Assembly (NCBI GenBank): GCA_964394985.1
Contig: CAYMZK010000002.1
Location: forward strand, 22,349 to 86,348
Reading direction: 5' to 3'
Source: an uncultured Candidatus Saccharibacteria bacterium
GTDB taxonomy: Bacteria; Patescibacteriota; Minisyncoccia; Minisyncoccales; GWA2-38-27
DNA length: 64,000 nt
Within the stretch, counting starts at the first letter, position 1. Every line of letters starts with the position of its first letter. The notes below the pieces were generated by a model. The model saw only the letters and a list, made by a program, of their open reading frames with translations. It ran no database searches and had not been told where the DNA came from. Position numbers and translations under genes: made by a program. Below, in pieces: positions 55,351 through 64,000 of this stretch.

Positions 55351-56439
55351 ATGGCGCACTGCCGAAAAACTCAGTTGAGTATATTTTTGACACATCGGTG
55401 CAACCTTCGATGTATTTATTGTTACGTTGGAGAGAAAGAACGAGATAAGTCAGTAATTGACTATGAGTTTGTCAAAAGAGGCATCGAGGATTTCTTTCAA
55501 AAGTATGATTCAAGGGAAATCCGTTTCTTTGCTACCGGAGAACCAACGCTTGAATTTGAGCTAATAAGAAAGATTAAAGACTGGACTTTCGAACAAGTGG
55601 GAGAGGATTGCAGATTTGAACTGCAGACGAACGGTTTTTTCTCAACTAAAATTGCTAAGTGGGTAGCTGAAAATATAGATATTGTTTGGATTTCCTGCGA
55701 TGGTCCACCAGAAATTCAGAATTATTATCGACCAACACCTGCAGGTCGACCAAGCTCAGATATTGTTGAGAAAAATATACAATATTTGGCTACGAAACCG
55801 ATCATGCTAGGGTGTCGGGCAACCGTAGGTAATCGGAATATGGAAAAACAGCGCGAGATGATTGAGTATTTTGCACATCTCGGTGTAAGAGCTGTAATGT
55901 CTGACCCCATGTTTTCTCCTGTTAGAAAATATTCTGGCCAGATTGTTGAATGTGAAGCCCTTGACCTACGGGAATATGCTGAACATTTTTTGGAAGCAAG
56001 AAGGTACGCAATTGAACAGGGTATATTCTATGGCAGTATATTAACTGTTAATTTTGATGAGGAAACAGAATATTTCTGTAGATCCTGTATTCCTTACCCG
56101 CATCTTACAGTTGATGGATATGTGTCAGCTTGTGATATGGCTTTTTCTGGCACAGATCCTACTATGAAAGACTTAATCTATGGTCGTTATATTTCGGAGG
56201 AAGACCGAATAGAATATGACCAAGAAAAGATTAGGTTGATTAAATCTCGAAGTGCTCAGAACATGCCTCATTGTCAGGGATGTTTAGCATTAAAGAATTG
56301 TGCAGGGGCCTGTTTGGGCGAAGCCTTGAATGAAACCGGAAGTATATTTGGGATCAAGCCACATGTTTGCGAAGTAATTCGTTACTTGGCTAAGAGGATG
56401 CCACTCAATCAGGGCTTGTATCCTTATCTTCATCCATGA
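55351..56439 (+). CDS. Radical SAM/SPASM-domain enzyme (no N-terminal extension)
   Basis: 362 aa with CNLRCIYC, ATGEPTL and C-terminal CQGCLALKNCAGACLGEA. SD AAAGGAGG. Confidence 0.85.
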   Translation: MAHCRKTQLSIFLTHRCNLRCIYCYVGEKERDKSVIDYEFVKRGIEDFFQKYDSREIRFFATGEPTLEFELIRKIKDWTFEQVGEDCRFELQTNGFFSTKIAKWVAENIDIVWISCDGPPEIQNYYRPTPAGRPSSDIVEKNIQYLATKPIMLGCRATVGNRNMEKQREMIEYFAHLGVRAVMSDPMFSPVRKYSGQIVECEALDLREYAEHFLEARRYAIEQGIFYGSILTVNFDEETEYFCRSCIPYPHLTVDGYVSACDMAFSGTDPTMKDLIYGRYISEEDRIEYDQEKIRLIKSRSAQNMPHCQGCLALKNCAGACLGEALNETGSIFGIKPHVCEVIRYLAKRMPLNQGLYPYLHP

Positions 56440-56476
56440 TAGAATAAAGGCATAAAACAAGAAAGGAGGCAAAACT

Positions 56477-57124
56477 ATGACAAAGAGATTGTATTCCGAG
56501 GACCCATACAAACAGTTCTTTGAGGCTGTTGTTGCAAAGATCGAGGGAAATAATGTCTGGCTCGATCAGACCTGTTTTTATCCTGAAAGCGGTGGACAGG
56601 TTGGAGATACAGGTACTTTAAATAACCAGAGAGTGACAGACACTCAGTTTGATTCAGAAAAAGATGTTGTTCATATTCTGGAATCCACACCAACTTTCAA
56701 AGTTGGTGATAAAATGGAAGGTCAGATTGACTGGGAAAGGCGTCACAGAATTATGCGTGTTCATGCCGCTTCTCATATTATGGAACATTTTTTGTTCCAA
56801 GTGTTTGGCCCCCTAAAACTAACTGGTTCACATCTTAATGAAAAGTATGACAAAAGCACTTACGAGTCAGATGAAAGGCTTGACCCTGAAAAGTTGGCAG
56901 AAGTTGAAAAAAAGGCAAATGAGTTTATCGCTCAAAGTCTGCTAATCGAGACTTCGCCAGACGAAAAAAGACCTCACTTCAGATACTGGAAGTGTGGACT
57001 AATTCAAATGCCCTGTGGCGGTACGCATCCAAAAAATACCAGCGAGATTGGTCCGATTAAATTAAAACGAGAAACTGGTGGTCGAGGACGAGAAAAGGTA
57101 ATAACATCTCTTCAGAAACCATAA
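56477..57124 (+). CDS. AlaX-type Ala-tRNA(Ala/Thr) trans-editing domain protein
   Basis: 215 aa with the HxxxH motif (HAASHIMEH) and CxxxH motif (MPCGGTHP) of the Thr/Ala-tRNA synthetase second additional domain. Confidence 0.8.
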   Translation: MTKRLYSEDPYKQFFEAVVAKIEGNNVWLDQTCFYPESGGQVGDTGTLNNQRVTDTQFDSEKDVVHILESTPTFKVGDKMEGQIDWERRHRIMRVHAASHIMEHFLFQVFGPLKLTGSHLNEKYDKSTYESDERLDPEKLAEVEKKANEFIAQSLLIETSPDEKRPHFRYWKCGLIQMPCGGTHPKNTSEIGPIKLKRETGGRGREKVITSLQKP

Positions 57125-57132
57125 CTTATTAC

Positions 57133-57172
57133 AAGCCCTTCGTGAAAAAAATTTTCACTTAGGGCTTTTTTC
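57133..57172 (+). terminator. Rho-independent terminator
   Basis: AAGCCCT...GTGAAAA/TTTTCAC...AGGGCTT stem followed by T6. Confidence 0.75.
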
Positions 57173-57392
57173 TTTCAAAGAGCAAAAGAATTCGCTGCCA
57201 AAGCAGTAAATTTTTCAAGATCATTTTCCTTGAAAAATTTACTGAAATGAGTTATTATTAACTCATAGAAAAACTTGAAATTGTCAAAGTTCAGGATTTC
57301 GGTTCGGAATTTCGTGGGGGGATTTCCTCGCCGCCGCAGGCGGCGAAATGCGTTCGGACTATTTTAAGAATACTGCTCAACCATCCTAAAAC

Positions 57393-58958
57393 TTAATTCC
57401 TTTGCACACCTACTATATCCCAAAAACCAGTTGCTTTTGATAAATGAACCGTAAGATATTTAGCCTCCTCTCCTTGGTTTAAATTTATAGTAACATGCAC
57501 ATAAGCAGATATTTCATTAAATAAATGAGCATGAACAATCAATATATTCATTGAAGAAAAAGAATAATTTTCTAGCTCTGTTTCAGAGCTTTTTATTTTA
57601 TTTTTAAATGATTCCGAGAAATAAGGATTATTTTCAACACTCTCATCAAAATTATCCATATTAATAAAATACCACTTTAGTCCTTTGCCAGTAGCGTCTT
57701 TTACATACCAAGATTTTGAATATTTAGTTTCTTCAAGATTCTCATAATACGATCCGTCTTCCCAAAAATCTCCATTTAAAATCTCATACTCAACCGATGT
57801 ATTCAAATTATAACTACCATCAGCATTCAAGTCATCAACATCTTGCTCAGTCGTCCTATCAACTTCAATACCATCCAATAAACAAAAAGGTGCTATTGAA
57901 AGAGGAACGCCATATTCATCAAGTAAATTACAAGATAAAGCGTGCTGGTGCGTGCCCACGATCTCCCATTTTCCATTTATTTTCTTGGCTATCCACTCAA
58001 CACCTATACCATATTCTTGACTACCCGCTAATCCCCGCATAAAGTCACCCTCTTTTTTTAATATCTTAACAACAATATCTGGATCATTTTCTGGATTTAG
58101 GATTGCCGAAATTTCCTTTAGAATATCGTCTTCAATGGTACTTTCCTGTAAAATCAAATTATTTATATTTATTTCTCCTAAGTTAACTATTTTCCCACCT
58201 GATACAAAGCGAGTGATTACTAAATATTCTGATCCGGACAAGGTTCCTCCTTTTACATGAAAAGATGTTTTTATAAATAAATCTTCTATTCCATCCTTAT
58301 TAAAATCTCCACGCCCAATCACAGAAACTTGATACATTGCACTATCGTCTTCTAATTTTATAGAAAAATCATTTTTCTTTTCTATAAACCTAATCGACTT
58401 ATTATATTCACGCCAGCTTAATCCTTCTGCTTTTGATCTATTATCTATGCCAATAATCGGTTCTACGGTTCCCGGGAAATCTTCAATCACATCCTTATCT
58501 AATATAAAATCGTCTATATAACTTATTTTAGAGCCAATAGCATCACCTAAATATTTAGGAATTACACAACTTTCTTTAAAAAAACCCTCATGCGCATTAC
58601 TAAGTGTACTTTCTGAACCGAAATCTTCTTTAACCGCCCAAAAATAATCCTCACAATTTCGAACCTTTCTTTCTTTTCTTGTTTCTTTATATCCCTTTAC
58701 CAAGATTAAGTCATTGTAGTGCCCGTTTTCTTTTAAGGTTTTTTTGTTGATTTCATAATCTTTATTTTTATCAAAGTTTACCATTTTTCCATCTTGAACC
58801 CATTTCACCGGATAAAGAGAAGTTTCATTATTTTTTGTGCTTTTAATTCTTAAGGTTTCAAAGTTTTGCCAAACAGCAAAGCCCGAAACTGAAATAGCTA
58901 AAATAGCTATAACTATTAAGATAACCCAGGATATTTTAGAAGATAATATTTTATTCAT
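57393..58958 (-). CDS. Hypothetical membrane-anchored/secreted protein with an FG-GAP-like segment
   Basis: 521 aa with an N-terminal TM helix and GRGDFNKDGIEDLFI. Confidence 0.5.
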   Translation of the reverse strand: MNKILSSKISWVILIVIAILAISVSGFAVWQNFETLRIKSTKNNETSLYPVKWVQDGKMVNFDKNKDYEINKKTLKENGHYNDLILVKGYKETRKERKVRNCEDYFWAVKEDFGSESTLSNAHEGFFKESCVIPKYLGDAIGSKISYIDDFILDKDVIEDFPGTVEPIIGIDNRSKAEGLSWREYNKSIRFIEKKNDFSIKLEDDSAMYQVSVIGRGDFNKDGIEDLFIKTSFHVKGGTLSGSEYLVITRFVSGGKIVNLGEININNLILQESTIEDDILKEISAILNPENDPDIVVKILKKEGDFMRGLAGSQEYGIGVEWIAKKINGKWEIVGTHQHALSCNLLDEYGVPLSIAPFCLLDGIEVDRTTEQDVDDLNADGSYNLNTSVEYEILNGDFWEDGSYYENLEETKYSKSWYVKDATGKGLKWYFINMDNFDESVENNPYFSESFKNKIKSSETELENYSFSSMNILIVHAHLFNEISAYVHVTINLNQGEEAKYLTVHLSKATGFWDIVGVQRN

Positions 58959-58959
58959 A

Positions 58960-59724
58960 TTAAAAGCATGAGGTAGATGAAGAATTACATGGATAAGCTG
59001 TTTCTTTCGCCGTTCCTTTATTATCTACGCAATAATAACTATTCTTTGAAACTAATTTAGCACAAGCCACCCACGTATTTGACTTGTTAGCTCCCCAAAT
59101 TATTTCAGAACTAATGTCTTGCAAGCCCTCTTTTGCATTTTTAGCATAATTGCTGTAATAAAAATTGTAATAACTGTCATCATTATCATAATGATACAAT
59201 TCCGCTCCAGCCCTCAACCCAGATAGCGTAGATTTAATTGATGCATCTTGTGATTTAGCTCTAGCGCTTAATAAAGACTCTTGAACTACTTCAAGGTTAT
59301 AAGAAAAATAAAAATCAACATCTCCTTGGCGCACCCACTCTCCTTTTTGTTTTTGATATCTTCCTTTCGCAACAATCATCAACGAGCCTGCCGAGCTAGT
59401 ATCAGTTAACGGAATCCCAAAATCTTTTTGAAGCTGTTCTTCGGAAGGATTAAGGGCTACTAAAAAATTTAAAACATCATCTTTTTGATCAAAATAAGCA
59501 TTCCCTTGCCAATCGCTAGCAATTAATTCAGGGTATTCATCCTTAATATCGCTTATTATATCCGGTAGTTCAGCGTCTTTTACGATAAGCTCTTTTTCAA
59601 AAACAAAAAATAGAAGAAAAAGAGCAACTCCAACAATAATAATTATCCCAAAAATAATCAATAAAATTGTCTTTATATTGTTACTAGAATTAGTATTTGG
59701 ATTAAAATTTTCAAGATTGTCCAT
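58960..59724 (-). CDS. Hypothetical membrane-anchored protein with a pilin-like C-terminal region
   Basis: 254 aa with an internal TM helix. The ARAKSQDASIKSTLSGLRAGAELYHYDN segment resembles the helix of type IV pilin-like proteins. Confidence 0.4.
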   Translation of the reverse strand: MDNLENFNPNTNSSNNIKTILLIIFGIIIIVGVALFLLFFVFEKELIVKDAELPDIISDIKDEYPELIASDWQGNAYFDQKDDVLNFLVALNPSEEQLQKDFGIPLTDTSSAGSLMIVAKGRYQKQKGEWVRQGDVDFYFSYNLEVVQESLLSARAKSQDASIKSTLSGLRAGAELYHYDNDDSYYNFYYSNYAKNAKEGLQDISSEIIWGANKSNTWVACAKLVSKNSYYCVDNKGTAKETAYPCNSSSTSCF

Positions 59725-59823
59725 AATTTTGTTTTAATTTCTAAAATTATTTTATTATATCATCAAAATTAGACAGTTGCCAAACGTCGTTTATCCGGCG
59801 GCCACTAGAAAGCATTCCGCCCA

Positions 59824-60192
59824 TTATTTTTGGCATTTTTTACAAAGCTTTGCTTCTGGATAAATTTTAAGCCTTGCTTCGGGAATATTTTTATCACAAT
59901 TCTCACACTTACCATACTTTCCCTTTTTTATCTTTTTTAAAGCCTCGTTAATAGATTGCAAACGAAGCTCTAAGTCGTGCTCTACCGGAAGTAAATTAGA
60001 ATAACGCTCTACTTGATCTGCAGCATCCTCTAAGAAGCTACCGCCAACAGCTCCACTTGATTCTGGAAATTTAGTATCCCAATCATCTTTTAATTTATCA
60101 TCTTTTTTAGCAAACTTCGTAAGTTCTACCTCTATTGCTTTCTTTTCTTTTTCAAGTTTTTTCTTAAGTTCTTCTTGTAATTTCTTGTTCAT
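59824..60192 (-). CDS. DksA/TraR-family C4 zinc-finger protein
   Basis: C-terminal CENCDKNIPEARL...LCKKCQ. Confidence 0.8.
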   Translation of the reverse strand: MNKKLQEELKKKLEKEKKAIEVELTKFAKKDDKLKDDWDTKFPESSGAVGGSFLEDAADQVERYSNLLPVEHDLELRLQSINEALKKIKKGKYGKCENCDKNIPEARLKIYPEAKLCKKCQK

Positions 60193-60204
60193 CTTTTTAT
60201 TTTT

Positions 60205-62475
60205 TTAATCTGTTAAATCTAGTTTATCCCAAGAGAAATTCCACGGATCAGTTTTTCCGGTCAAAGAAATATCTTCGTGAGAAACAATGTTTTCAAGAGG
60301 AATATTGTATTGTTTTTTAACTTTTTTTACAAGCTCTGATAGGGCTTTATATTGTATTTCATTAGGAGAATTATCTTTAGTATAGATCAGTTCTATCCCT
60401 ATAGAGATTGTATTAATGTTAGTTCTGCCATCGGGCATCCTACTTTTTCCAGCATGATAAGCAATGGCATTTTCTGGAGCTAACTTATAGACAGCTCCTT
60501 CTCGGTCAATCATATAATGAGTAGTTACATTATACCTTTTATATGTCTTTAAAAGCTCGTCTATGTCATAATCATCTCCACCGTTATTATTATAACTTGA
60601 GTGGAAAACAATCACATCTATTTCTCTATTTCCGGAAGGTAAACGATAACCGAAATCTACTATCCTTTCAATAATAGAAAGTTCGTATCCTTTCTCTTCT
60701 GGTGGCGCAACCTCTTCGTTTTCTTCGGTTGTTTTTTCGGGCGCTACGGCTTGTCTCTTTTGAACAACAAAATACCAATACCAAAAAGTACTTACTGCCG
60801 TTAAGGTTATAATCACCAAAATAACAATTAAAAATCTTAGCCAAAGCTTCTTTTGTGCCGAAGGTCTTTCTGGCAATTTCTTAGTAAATTCTTTTGGTTT
60901 TGGAGTTATTGGTTTTGATTGATCGACAGTGAGAGGGGAGCGCATTCGTTTCAGTAAATCTTGTCTTCTTAACTCTTTTTCCTCTCTTTCTTTTTCTTCT
61001 ATAATTTCTTCATCAGAAATCTCTTTATCCTCTTTTTTTATTTCTTCGGGTTCAACTGATTCGGGCTGAGTCTCGCCTCTTTTTAGGTCTTCAATTCTTT
61101 TTTTTGCTTCTTCTAAGCTTTTTTCTTTTTCTTCTACTGGTTCGCTGGAGACTTTATTAGAGATAATCGGTTCTTTTTGTTTTTCGGGAATTTCTTGTTT
61201 TGGCTCTTCTTTAGGTTTTTCCTCAATCTCTTTTTCTGTTTGTTCTTCTGGCTCTGGCTCCCCGCTAATTTCTTGATCTATTTCTTCTATCTCTTGAGTA
61301 ATTCTGTTCTTTTTCTGACTGATAGATTCTAACCTGTTTTCAACAACATCTAATTCAGAATCTATTCTGTCTTTTTCTTCTTCTAATTTCCATTTATTCG
61401 TTTCTATTTTTCTTCTTTTCTCTTCCACTTCCCATCTTTTTTTCTCTAATTCTCTTCTTTGATCTATTTCTTCTGCTTGAGATTCTTTTTCTTCAATGGC
61501 ATCTTTTTCTTGATTTATTTGCTTCTCTTCTTCTATGGCTTTCTGGAATTTTTCTTTAGCCTCTCTCAATTTCTGGCCCATTTCTATTCTTTTTTCACTA
61601 AAAGAACTTCTTAGCTCTTCGGTGTTTTTTAAGTCTTCTTCCAATTCTATTTTTCTTATTTTTAAATCTATCTTTTTTTGTTCTTCTATCGCTAATTCTC
61701 TTTCTTCAGATAGCTTTTCTTCTTCTAGATCGATAGAGGTGATCTTATCATCTATTTCTTGAAGCTGACTGTCTAGCTCTTTTAACTTTTCATCCCAGGG
61801 CCATCTCTTCTTTTCTAGTTCTTTTCTTTTATCTTCTATTCTCCAACGCTCTTTTTCTATTCTTTTCTTTTCAGCTGAAGAGCTGGCTGTTAGTTCTTTT
61901 TGTTCTAGTTTTTTTTGTTGTTCTTCAATTTTACTTTCTTGCGTGGCAATATTAGCAAAACCCATTTTAACTTCTTCTAATTTGGTGTTAATCGCTTCTC
62001 TTTGAGAATTTAGGGGAATCTTCTTTTCTAATAATTTTTTGGATCTTTCTTCAATTTCTCTTCTTTTTTCTTCCGATTCCTTTTTCTGATTATTTAAAGC
62101 TTCTGTTGGAGAAATAGGTTTTGGTTTAGGAATCTTAACTGGCTTGGGGGCCGGAGCTGATTCTTTTTTTGGTTCTTTTGACTGGACTAGATCTTCTTGA
62201 TTTTGATTTTCGGATTTAATATCTTGTTGTTTGTGAATTTCTTCTTTTCTCTTTTCTTCTTCTAGCTCTTTTAGTCTTTGGGCTTTTCTTATTCTTAATA
62301 ACTCTTCCTCCTCTCTTTTTATTTGATCGTCTTTCTGATTTTTAATTCGTTCCTCAATTTTCAACCTCTTCTCATGCTCAATATCTTTTTTTCCAAAAGA
62401 AGAATCATCACCTCCTTTTTTAAGACGAATGATGTCTTGTCTCATTGTACGAATGTTGTTTGGTTTTTTAGTCAT
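60205..62475 (-). CDS. N-acetylmuramoyl-L-alanine amidase (Amidase_2/PGRP fold) with a long E/K-rich coiled-coil N-terminus and a TM helix
   Basis: The C-terminal ~170 aa read VIVFHSS..., AYHAGKS, SIGIELIY, ISHEDI and KTDPWNF. Confidence 0.75.
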   Translation of the reverse strand: MTKKPNNIRTMRQDIIRLKKGGDDSSFGKKDIEHEKRLKIEERIKNQKDDQIKREEEELLRIRKAQRLKELEEEKRKEEIHKQQDIKSENQNQEDLVQSKEPKKESAPAPKPVKIPKPKPISPTEALNNQKKESEEKRREIEERSKKLLEKKIPLNSQREAINTKLEEVKMGFANIATQESKIEEQQKKLEQKELTASSSAEKKRIEKERWRIEDKRKELEKKRWPWDEKLKELDSQLQEIDDKITSIDLEEEKLSEERELAIEEQKKIDLKIRKIELEEDLKNTEELRSSFSEKRIEMGQKLREAKEKFQKAIEEEKQINQEKDAIEEKESQAEEIDQRRELEKKRWEVEEKRRKIETNKWKLEEEKDRIDSELDVVENRLESISQKKNRITQEIEEIDQEISGEPEPEEQTEKEIEEKPKEEPKQEIPEKQKEPIISNKVSSEPVEEKEKSLEEAKKRIEDLKRGETQPESVEPEEIKKEDKEISDEEIIEEKEREEKELRRQDLLKRMRSPLTVDQSKPITPKPKEFTKKLPERPSAQKKLWLRFLIVILVIITLTAVSTFWYWYFVVQKRQAVAPEKTTEENEEVAPPEEKGYELSIIERIVDFGYRLPSGNREIDVIVFHSSYNNNGGDDYDIDELLKTYKRYNVTTHYMIDREGAVYKLAPENAIAYHAGKSRMPDGRTNINTISIGIELIYTKDNSPNEIQYKALSELVKKVKKQYNIPLENIVSHEDISLTGKTDPWNFSWDKLDLTD

Positions 62476-62527
62476 GTTAGTTTATTATACATCGTAGAAG
62501 AAATTTAACCAAACCACTTTTCAACAC

Positions 62528-62560
62528 AAAAAAAGAACCCCTAACAGGGGATCTTTTTTT
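62528..62560. terminator. Bidirectional terminator-like hairpin after pnp
   Basis: A-run, CCCCT/AGGGG stem, then T7. Confidence 0.5.
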
Positions 62561-64000
62561 ATTTTTGTATAAACTTTAGATTGATTCTTCCTTGATCGTC
62601 TATTGAGATTACTTTTGCCTTTACTTTCTGTCCTTCCTTGACTACATCAGTAACTTTATCCACTCTTTTGTCTGAAAGCTTAGAAATATGAATCAATCCT
62701 TCTTTGCCGGGTAAAATTTCAACAAAAGCCCCAAAGTCCATAATCTTTTTTACTTCTCCTTCATAAATTTTACCTATTTCAGCTTCGGCGGTTATGTCTT
62801 GAATCATTTTTACTGCTTTCTCAACAGATTCTTTGTTTTCAGAAGTTACAAAAATATCTCCAGAATCTTGAATATCTATTTGAGCTCCAGTTTCATCAAT
62901 AATCTTATTAATAATCTTTCCGCCCGGACCAATAACTTCACCGATTTTGCTTGGATTAATTTTAATTATAATTATTCTTGGAGCATAAGAAGAAAGTTCA
63001 GCTGGACTAGAAATGGTTTTTTCCATAACATCTAAAATTGAATATCTGGCCTTTTTAGCTTCAACTAACGTTTTTTCAATTATTTCTCTAGTAATTCCTT
63101 CTATCTTAACATCCATTTGAATAGCCGTAATTCCTTCTCTGGTTCCAGCTACCTTAAAGTCCATATCGCCATGGTGATCTTCTGGTCCCTGAATATCTGT
63201 TAAGATTTTGTAGTTATTTTCACCTTTAATTAAGCCCATTGCAATTCCAGTAGCTAATCTTTTAATTGGCACGCCGGCAGCCATCAAGGCAAGAGCCGAA
63301 CTAGAAGTAGAAGCCATAGAACTAGAACCATTAGAAGAAACTATTTCTGAAACAATTCTAATAGTATATGGAAATTCTTCAGCTTTTGGTATTAGCGGAG
63401 TTAAGGCTTTTTCAGCCAACATTCCGTGGCCAATCTCTCTTCTTCCGGGCCCTCTCATTGGTTTAACATCACCGACACAATAAGGAGGAAAGTTGTAATG
63501 ATGCATAAATCTTTTTTCGCTAGTTCCTTCCATTGCTTCAATTAATTGTTGGTCTCCCGGCGATCCTAGGGTAAGAATAGACAAAGATTTGGTCATCCCT
63601 CGAGAAAATAGAGCTGATCCATGAGTTCTTGGTAATAGGTTTACTTCAGCTGAAATATCTCTTACTTCATCTAACTTTCTGCCATCAACTCTTTTATCTT
63701 CTTTTAATGCGCCTTGATGAACCAATCTATCAGCTTCCTCATCTAAAAACTTTTCGGCCTGTTTAAACTTATCTTCTTCCGGATATTTTTCTGTTAAATA
63801 ATTTTTTAAGTCTTTTTTTAGAGCAACTAGGTCGTTATTTCTCTTTTGCTTGTCTTTTTGAAAGAAAGCTTTTTGATATCTATCGCCTAAAAATTCTATA
63901 ATTTCTTTTTCTAGTTCTTCGTCTTTATCAATAGGGGGGAGATTGATTTTTTCTTTACTTTCAATTTCTTTTTGAAATTCAATAATTTCTTTAATGTTCT
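62559..64000 (-). CDS. pnp: Polynucleotide phosphorylase, C-terminal part (gene continues beyond the window end)
   Basis: Second RNase PH domain, KH (GPGGKIINKI) and S1 (GEVKKIMDFGAFVEI). I checked that the frame stays open from 63726 to 64000. Confidence 0.93.
   Translation of the reverse strand, partial: NIKEIIEFQKEIESKEKINLPPIDKDEELEKEIIEFLGDRYQKAFFQKDKQKRNNDLVALKKDLKNYLTEKYPEEDKFKQAEKFLDEEADRLVHQGALKEDKRVDGRKLDEVRDISAEVNLLPRTHGSALFSRGMTKSLSILTLGSPGDQQLIEAMEGTSEKRFMHHYNFPPYCVGDVKPMRGPGRREIGHGMLAEKALTPLIPKAEEFPYTIRIVSEIVSSNGSSSMASTSSSALALMAAGVPIKRLATGIAMGLIKGENNYKILTDIQGPEDHHGDMDFKVAGTREGITAIQMDVKIEGITREIIEKTLVEAKKARYSILDVMEKTISSPAELSSYAPRIIIIKINPSKIGEVIGPGGKIINKIIDETGAQIDIQDSGDIFVTSENKESVEKAVKMIQDITAEAEIGKIYEGEVKKIMDFGAFVEILPGKEGLIHISKLSDKRVDKVTDVVKEGQKVKAKVISIDDQGRINLKFIQK

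Noticed and set aside
56290-56693. Minus-strand ORFs across the rSAM/AlaX junction
   Set aside because: They are antisense to two well-supported plus-strand genes and span their intergenic SD region.
60900-62450. Highly repetitive E/K-rich stretch suggesting a DNA tandem repeat
   Set aside because: It is an uninterrupted coding region (coiled-coil/low-complexity N-terminus of the amidase), with no fixed DNA period visible.

Overview
The window is low-GC and almost all genes are on the minus strand. The gene content is consistent with a small CPR/Patescibacteria-like bacterial genome using the standard genetic code; that taxonomic placement is inference only.

Core housekeeping blocks:
- rny-clpP-tig-hppA-nusA at 0.2-6.7 kb
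- hisS with tRNA-His at 11.4-12.9 kb
- thrS at 31.8-33.6 kb
- cca with tRNA-Arg at 52.3-53.9 kb
- pnp at 62.6 kb, running off the window end

These blocks are interrupted by several accessory segments. Each segment is bracketed by direct duplications of neighbouring gene ends or by one shared family of composite palindromic repeats.

Most interesting content:
1. Two paralogous three-gene cassettes at 38.3-40.9 kb and 43.4-46.1 kb. Each encodes a short Cys-rich precursor-like peptide that is below the ORF-track cut-off, a radical SAM/SPASM enzyme with an N-terminal extension, and an HExxH-motif protein. This looks like a ranthipeptide/SCIFF-like RiPP system with an extra conserved gene. Each copy carries one frame-disrupting lesion as assembled.
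2. An eight-gene, translationally coupled operon at 19.4-27.0 kb. It encodes two PaaK-like adenylating enzymes, a split and permuted PEP-utilising/ATP-grasp phosphotransferase, an AdoMet decarboxylase-aminopropyltransferase fusion, a second aminopropyltransferase and an aminotransferase. It sits inside an insertion that split a histidine kinase/response regulator pair.
3. A REP-like composite repeat family with a relic RayT-like Y1 transposase, which marks cassette junctions across 34-47.7 kb.

Other features: two T-box leaders (upstream of a TrpD-like gene and of thrS), a possible His-codon attenuator, a decayed integrative remnant at tRNA-Arg carrying a third intact rSAM/SPASM gene plus AlaX, and several pseudogenes. 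No rRNA genes and no CRISPR array were seen. All similarity statements come from reading motifs by eye; no database search was run.
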